Below are positions 58,095 through 64,000 of a stretch of 64,000 nt of DNA, piece by piece. Origin of the DNA: Spirochaetia bacterium. Lineage in GTDB: Bacteria; Spirochaetota; Spirochaetia; DSM-16054; Sediminispirochaetaceae. Under the pieces are notes generated by a model that saw only the letters and a program-made list of their open reading frames with translations, did no database searches and was not told the DNA's origin. Within the stretch, counting starts at the first letter, position 1. The number at the start of each line of letters is the position of its first letter. The stretch is taken from positions 34,365 to 98,364 of the forward strand of contig JAXHMY010000005.1 of the NCBI GenBank assembly GCA_034520965.1, read 5' to 3'. Made by a program: the position numbers and the translations under genes.

Positions 58095-61000
58095 ATGAAA
58101 AGGTTAGTATTTTCCCGCCGACACGAATAGGTGCACTGCAGTGCTGGCGATACTCCTCGTTGGATGCCCGAATCCGCTCAAGGATATGCCGGGTACGGAC
58201 ACATCTTCCGGGTAATGAATCTGTTGTACCTCCGATTCGTATCCTCAAAGACCATCATGCCTCCGAGTGATCTAAAGATTTTGGTAGAGAGTTATCGTGT
58301 CGAGTTTAGCAACCACTCGAACGGTGAAGCAGATTTCACTGTGGATCCCTACACACAGGGAGATTTGATAGAGAACATACCGCGGGAAAAAACTGGAACG
58401 TCACTCTCATCGGCATACCGCCGACGGTAACGGCATAGTCTCGGGTATTCCCGAAAGCGGCAACCCTGTGACCACAAAGTCTTCAGTCTTCTTCTTCAGC
58501 CTTGACTATTACACTCGAGCCGATTTCGGGATCCGACAATGGGACGCTCGACGATACCATCAATTTTCCGACCGAAGAAGTTGATGATGTCGTCGTCACT
58601 GTTGATCCCTGGCCCATTGGGGGCGGAGATGAGTTCACCCTCATGGAGGGACCGACTACGACCAAGTACTTCTTCTCATCAGGAACACTGGAAATTACTA
58701 CCGATCTGTCGGCAGGATACTATTTCGTCGAGGTCGTATTCCAAAAAACGTGCCGAGTTCCGGGGGAGCGTGACCCACCCACCACTCTCCGACATCGTCG
58801 CGCAAATCTATTCGAACTTGACCAGCAGCAAAACCCTCATTCTGGAAACTACCGATTTTACCCAGCCGCCTGCGACACCAACCGGTCTGACGGTCACATA
58901 TATCAGCGAAAACACCTTTACCCTCGATTGGACCGCGACGCTCACCACTCACGAAGGTTTCCGCGTCTACGAGGGAAGCCCCACAGCAGTCCCGAGGCTG
59001 AGCTGGGGGCTGCTGACATGGACGCCACCTCCGCAGAACTAAGCTACGCGGGAAATGCGGGCGAAGAGATTAGCTACAGCTTGGTCGCATACAACCTATT
59101 CGGAGAGTCACCACCCGTTTCCATTACAATTACCCCCACTATTTTTAGTACAAACTGGCAAACAAATCTCTACGATTGGTCAGATACCTGTAGTCCTCCA
59201 GACACAATAAGACTGCCGTTAGTAGATAATGGCGATTATAACTTTACCGTCTATTGGGGGGATGGTACAAGCGATGCGATTACCGCATGGGATGATACGA
59301 AGGACACACACATATGCAACTGAAGGAACGTACGATGTTGTCATGTACGGAAACATGACATTTCGGGGTGGAGCTTTAATCCTGATGCAACAGCTTATAA
59401 CGGTGGTCAAATAGGAGATGCAGAGAAGCTTCGCCAAGAAGCTCATCGGGCCCCCTTTCATTCGGTAACACAAGAGGACAGTTTTATGGAGCTCGCAACC
59501 TTGTAATAAGCGCCACTGATGAACCGGATATAAAGCGGAACAACAGATTTGAGTTTTGCCTTTCGGGAGCAAACTCAATCGTAACGATTCCCGGTATAGA
59601 TAATTGGAATGTCGGACATATTTCTAATATGGAATACATGTTTTTCTCTGCATCCTCTTTTAACCAATACGCTGAATAGCTGGGACACATCGTCAGTAGA
59701 AAATATGAGGTCGATGTTCGGTGGTGCCGTCGACTTTAATCAATCCATTTACTTCATGGAATACGGGAAATGTGCAGAGGGATGGATAGTATGTTCGCGA
59801 TCTGCTTGAGACGTTCAATCAAACTATCGGTAATTGGGATGTTGCGTCAGTTTACACTATGTATCTGATGTTTTGTGATGCCGAATGATTTAATCAGGAT
59901 ATAGGCTTGTGGAACACCTCTAATGTAAGCAATATGAGCTATCTTTTTTTCTGATGCAAGTGTTTTTAACCAGTATATCGGTGAGTGGGATACAACTAAT
60001 GTTACATCGATGACACGTATGTTCAATGGTGCAACAGCGTTTCAACCAGGATATTGGAAATTGGAATACGGGTAATGTGGATGATATGGAATATATGTTT
60101 TGTGATGCAGTTTCATTCGATCAAGATATCGGCGGTTGGGATATAACGAGTGTGACACCAGAGTTTGACATGAGTGGAATGTTTACAAATGTACGGCTTT
60201 CAATAGACAACTACGATGCATTGCTTACCGGTTGGGGTTGCTCAGTCAGTCCAGAGTGGAGTGAATTTTGATGTGGTGGAAATCCCAACTATACTCCAGG
60301 AAGTGCAGCCGAGACCGCTAGGGATCAATTTAATCAACAACTACAATTGGACTATCAATGACGGAGGCAGCTGCCGTATTCCACACGATTACTTATATGC
60401 CCGACGGCGGCACTGGAAGACTCACATACGCAGGAAATCGGGAGAAGGGTACACTGGCAACTCGTTGCCCAATGCTTTTTCCTCCGAAAACGCTCATGTA
60501 TTCATCGGCTGGGCGAGCAGATTGCAGGCGGTTCAGTAGAATACTGGCGGATGAAGATACCTACACAATGGGAGGCAGTGACGAAACTCTGATATGCACA
60601 ATGGTCTGATTTCTTATTCACGCGGAAAAACAACAGGTGCTTCGGGTAATACAGGACATACTGGTGTGGATGCCTTGAACTCTGTGCAAGCTGCTGTTGA
60701 CAAGGCTAATATCGACGGTCTTTCTTAATGTCAGAATTGCAGCAGGCACCTATTCGATCGACGCCACAAATTACTATGATTGAATGGAATATCCCTGTAC
60801 GGTGGCTATGATCCGGTAAGTTGGAATCGGGATGCTTGCAATATGAAACCATCCGTATGCAGGGGTATCCAGACGTTGGGTGGTGATATCAATGTTCCAG
60901 AGGCTGTTATCTATTGTGGTAATGGAATCACTAATGCTAGAGAATTGATGGATTTACGATTGGTGGATCATCTTCAGGAGCCGAAGGCCCTGGAGCTATT

Positions 61001-61882
61001 GTGTGTGAATATGCGTACCCGATTATAAAGAATCAATACTTTAAATGGTGGTGGGAATGGAAACACGGGGATCGCAATTAGAGCACTTGGGCAGATAATC
61101 CGAAAGATCATCAATTCAGTGCGATACATGGAGGCTCATGCACTAGCGGCCACTGATGGGATATATGCTCAACTCGTTGAAAGTAATACATTGATTCAAA
61201 ACAACAATATCCAGGGTGGTTCAGGAACGTCTTCCTGACGGAATCTCATATGAGACAGGGATCGGAAAGTTACATCTGCAACAACACTATTTATGGAGGC
61301 GAAGGAAGTAATACCCACGGCATATATAGTTACAATAATCCGAACGGGTGTTTTTATTATCGGGAACGATACCATTGATGGAGAAAGATCGGGGTATATG
61401 ATCATTCCTATGGAAATCAGACTAATCGGAAGTTCTGAGTCTGCCGTCGTTATTGAAAACAACATTTTATTCTCCTCTGGTGATACAAATAAATATGGAA
61501 TTTATGGAAATGAAACAGACCGATTGTGATCCTATTTCGGTTAAAAAAGCACGTCTTCTACCGCCACCGCATTACCGCACTTGATCATGACGAAGGAAGT
61601 ACGGACCTCACAACGATAGCAGGTGTAACAGGCCTGCCAGACACAGACGCCTCTGGGAATGTGTCGTCACCCATCCGATGCTTCAGGATGCGGCGAACCA
61701 GGACTACCACCTCACTGCCGAGGCAGCCCTGCTTCTGTAATTGACGGAGGACTAAATGGCTACGATGAGAGCTGGACCAACTTTTCCCGAGGATGGGCAG
61801 CGGCAACTTAGTCGACAAGGACGGGGATCAGCGGCCTGCGAGCGGGACCGCATGGTCGATTGGAGCCTATGAGGGGCCTTGA
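58095..61882 (+). pseudogene. large lipoprotein with FN3, DUF285/BspA-type repeats, InlB-B-type repeat and parallel beta-helix region; heavily frameshifted (may be two genes)
   Basis: ATG 58095, then AVLAILLVGCPNPL (lipobox) in a shifted frame. It carries PPATPTGLTVTYISENTFTLDWTA (FN3) and repeated FNQ.IG.W(D/N)...V..M..MF units across 59600-60200. It also has GGEGSNTHGIY / NNILFSSGD beta-helix turns and the end DKDGDQRP..WSIGAYEGP*. Confidence 0.55.
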
Positions 61883-62135
61883 AGAGTAGCTAAGAAATTT
61901 TTTCGATTTTCCTGGTGAACTTTTTAAAAAATATCGAAGATACGGGGTGCGTTATACACACATCGGAGCAAAAAGGGCCAGAAAAGTGTAGTTTAGCGAT
62001 AGGGGCCAGGTGAGAACGAAAAAATACTTTAACGAGACTTGATCAAAGCCCGGTGGCGGCGAGTGTGTCAAGCTAACTCTGGAAACTCTCTGCTATCCGT
62101 CACCTTTAATGACCCAGAGAAGCAAGCCGCTGAAA

Positions 62136-62170
62136 ATAAAAAAAACGCCATATCCCGTCCTTCGGGAATG
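62136..62170 (-). terminator. rho-independent terminator downstream of the tRNA fragment
   Basis: The minus strand has a hairpin CCATTCCCGAAGGACGGGATATGG followed by CGTTTTTTTT. Confidence 0.55.
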
Positions 62171-62186
62171 GTGTTAATTTGTACTT

Positions 62187-62236
62187 TGGGCGATGCTGGA
62201 TTTGAACCAGCGACTTCTACCGTGTGAAGGTAGAAG
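62187..62236 (-). pseudogene. 3' fragment (anticodon arm to acceptor end) of a tRNA-Val(CAC)-like gene; candidate att core
   Basis: The minus strand reads CTTCTACC-TTCACAC-GGTAGAAG TC GCTGG-TTCAAAT-CCAGC ATCGCCC A. That is an anticodon stem-loop, variable region, T-arm and 3' acceptor strand. The 27 nt upstream cannot form a D-arm or pair with ATCGCCC. Confidence 0.65.
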
Positions 62237-62300
62237 TTCTTTTTCCCTGCCATTCCCAGAGATTCTTTATTTATTTACATTATATATATTAATAGCTGAC

Positions 62301-62366
62301 ACTGTCAAGTTCGTTTCCCTGATGTTCCCTCATGTTTCCTAAATAAAGGGTACAAAAAAGGTACAC
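62301..62366. repeat. second copy of the motif block seen at 50658-50718
   Basis: ACTGTCA (62301-07), GTTCGTT (62309-15), GTTCCC (62324-29), GTTTCC (62334-39), AGGGTACA (62347-54), AGGTACA (62359-65). Confidence 0.6.
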
Positions 62367-62673
62367 TTTTGGGCACAGCTGAACCGTTTAGATCAGCGAG
62401 AGTATGTGTTATATGAGTCTGATATGACGTGCATGTCTTTTTTATAAGGATGATGGTTTAACTACTGGCGTACCTTCGGAAATTGGCAAAAAAATTCAAA
62501 ATTTCTTAAAAAAAAATAAAAAAAGTTTGAGCCTCATTTCTTCTTAAAATCGTCTAATTATATTTAATTGTTGAACGTGTAATGAATTACATTAGATTCC
62601 CCTAACTCCCTTAGGAAAAAAGCTTTTTTGCAAACCCAACGATCCAATTTAACACACAACAAGGAGATTTGTA

Positions 62674-62977
62674 ATGAACGAAATATCAGAAATGGTCAGA
62701 GATTATTTAGAAGGGTTATGCAAGGAAATTGAATCGCTAAGCAGTAGATTGCCTGTAGTTCAAAACAGCAAATCTATACGCAAGAATGGTACACCCTCGA
62801 TAGTGTCTGCAAGTCTAAAGGGATTAACAAGAAGACAACTCAGTATAAGTGATACTGACAGCCAAACTTGCAGGGGTTCCAGATGGGAAAATTGGAGGGA
62901 GAAAAGCCTGGAGAAGGGCAACAATTGAAAGCTGGGTTACACAAGATGACAAAGATATTGAAAGGGACCAAAAATGA
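62674..62977 (+). pseudogene. small excisionase/AlpA-like HTH protein, one frameshift near 62860
   Basis: ORF 62674..62928 ends ...LTRRQLSISDT. The neighbouring frame continues AKLAGVPDGKIGGRKAWRRATIESWVTQDD...*, which resembles the GxP..KIGGR..W....I..W signature of excisionase-type HTH proteins. Confidence 0.4.
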
Positions 62978-63766
62978 CTTTGGCATGCCAACATGTAACT
63001 ATAGGTACAGAATTTTGCTCTTTAATAGTGGGTGGTTACTTTTCTTGTCTTTTAATGAACTGGGGCTTATCGATGAAGAACTTAATTCTTAATGCTGTAA
63101 ATGACTTGCCTGAGAATCTGTTGTAGTTCCTTCAATTGATAGAATAAAAACTACTCTGAAGGTTAAACTAATGCTGATAGTGGTTATAGTTATTCTCTCC
63201 TTTCTGTTGACTACAAATATCTTAAGTGTGTTGTTCAGCACCAGGAATTAGAATATGGATTGTACCATGCCTTTCAAAGTGATGATGGAGAAGAATGGAT
63301 TGAATTTTAAAAGCTTGGTCTCTTGAGCTGGGAGAGGATTATAAGACTAGCAGATAAAGATGTGAAAGCTCCTCCAAGGAAAATTCAAGGAATAAAAAAC
63401 AGTTCTAAATATCAAGGTTATACTATTGTACTAAAGCACTGGAGTTACAGAATTATTGGATGGAATAAAATGTTCCCCGCCAGGAGAATTTTCCCAATCG
63501 AAAGTTAAACTTGCCGATACTCATTTTCCGTTTACTGACATAAAGTCTTCCATATTCTGCCAGCTGATCACGGCGCAGAACTATCTCAGCCTCAAATAAT
63601 GTATTCGTGCACTTTTAATATCATATGAGCGGAATCGCTTGCCTTACCTGCACTCAAAAGTAAACATAGAATCTTACTTTTAGATATAGTAGAGAAATAT
63701 TACTCTTGTCATATTACGTTATCAGTAATCAAATAAACATAGATTTTCTATTTAAGAAGGTGCGCT

Positions 63767-64000
63767 ATGTCAAAAAGATTCTCCTCGTAGAAGATGAAGC
63801 CCTCATTGCAATGAATGAAGCACAGATGCTCAAAAAGCACGGGTATGAGGTAGTTACCGCCCACAATGGTGAGAAGGCTATCGAAGGCGGTAGAGCTTGA
63901 GACCCCGAAATCTCTCTCATCCTGATGGACATCGACCTCGGTAAAAGGGGATGGACGGGACCGAGGCGGCCGAGAGATTTCTGAATAAGAAGGATATTCC
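63767..64000 (+). pseudogene. 5' part of a third receiver-domain (RR-HK paralogue) gene, disrupted; runs off the right edge
   Basis: ATGTCAAAAAGATTCTC has one A fewer than the 50823 paralogue, which shifts the frame after codon 3. VKKILLVEDEALIAMNEAQMLKKHGYEVV is followed by an in-frame TGA (63898-63900), then DPEISLILMDIDLGK. Confidence 0.7.

Noticed and set aside
53903-61882. A diversity-generating retroelement or dedicated phase-variation system acting on the adhesin genes.
   Set aside because: There is no reverse transcriptase, no template/variable repeat pair, no invertible segment with a recombinase, and no single long homopolymer or short-repeat tract that would act as a switch.
62187-62265. 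A complete tRNA gene on the minus strand.
   Set aside because: Only the anticodon arm, T-arm and 3' acceptor strand are present. The upstream 27 nt (CTCTGGGAATGGCAGGGAAAAAGAA) can neither pair with ATCGCCC nor form a D-arm.

Overview
The window has two very different parts, and I found no convincing new multi-gene system.

(1) 1-23.2 kb is G+C-rich and mostly intact.
- Molybdenum cofactor operon on the minus strand (MOSC/MoaB-like, moaC, moaA, moeA) and a tungstate-type ABC importer (tupABC). Each sits behind a Moco-type riboswitch.
- An antitoxin gene with a gutted VapC toxin.
- A polytopic spermidine-synthase-like membrane protein tightly coupled to a signal-peptide-bearing pcm.
- A lipid module: fabF, fabG, a DUF374 acyltransferase-like gene, a DAK2-DegV fusion, plsY and a long acyl-CoA ligase.
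- A DMT (EamA-type) transporter and a receiver-PAS-HisKA_2 kinase with an Hpt protein.
- Several of these genes carry single isolated frameshifts.

(2) From about 23.3 kb to the right edge, essentially every recognisable gene is split into short ORFs by frameshifts and some in-frame stops.
- A beta-carbonic-anhydrase stub and an SDR.
- Three M24 peptidases, IclR, RidA, PhzF-like, and a polar amino-acid ABC system.
- A PLP-dependent dehydratase, an amidohydrolase and a VOC protein.
- A pepA-dppBCDF-M24-dppA-DUF1611-dipeptide epimerase operon and a second family-5 binding protein.
- A second receiver-PAS-HK, a transglutaminase-like protein and two large lipoprotein adhesins.
- The only long intact ORF in this part is the transposase of a complete IS element, which has inverted repeats and a target-site duplication.
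- Near 62.2 kb there is a 3' tRNA-Val-like fragment with a terminator, followed by AT-rich DNA with an excisionase-like remnant. This looks like an integrative-element junction.

I found no CRISPR array, rRNA, complete tRNA, recognisable defence system or biosynthetic cluster. The strongest oddity is the roughly 40 kb field of gene decay. From sequence alone I cannot tell whether it is real pseudogenisation or localised consensus error. Boundaries of pseudogenes are approximate. The taxon cannot be established from this window.
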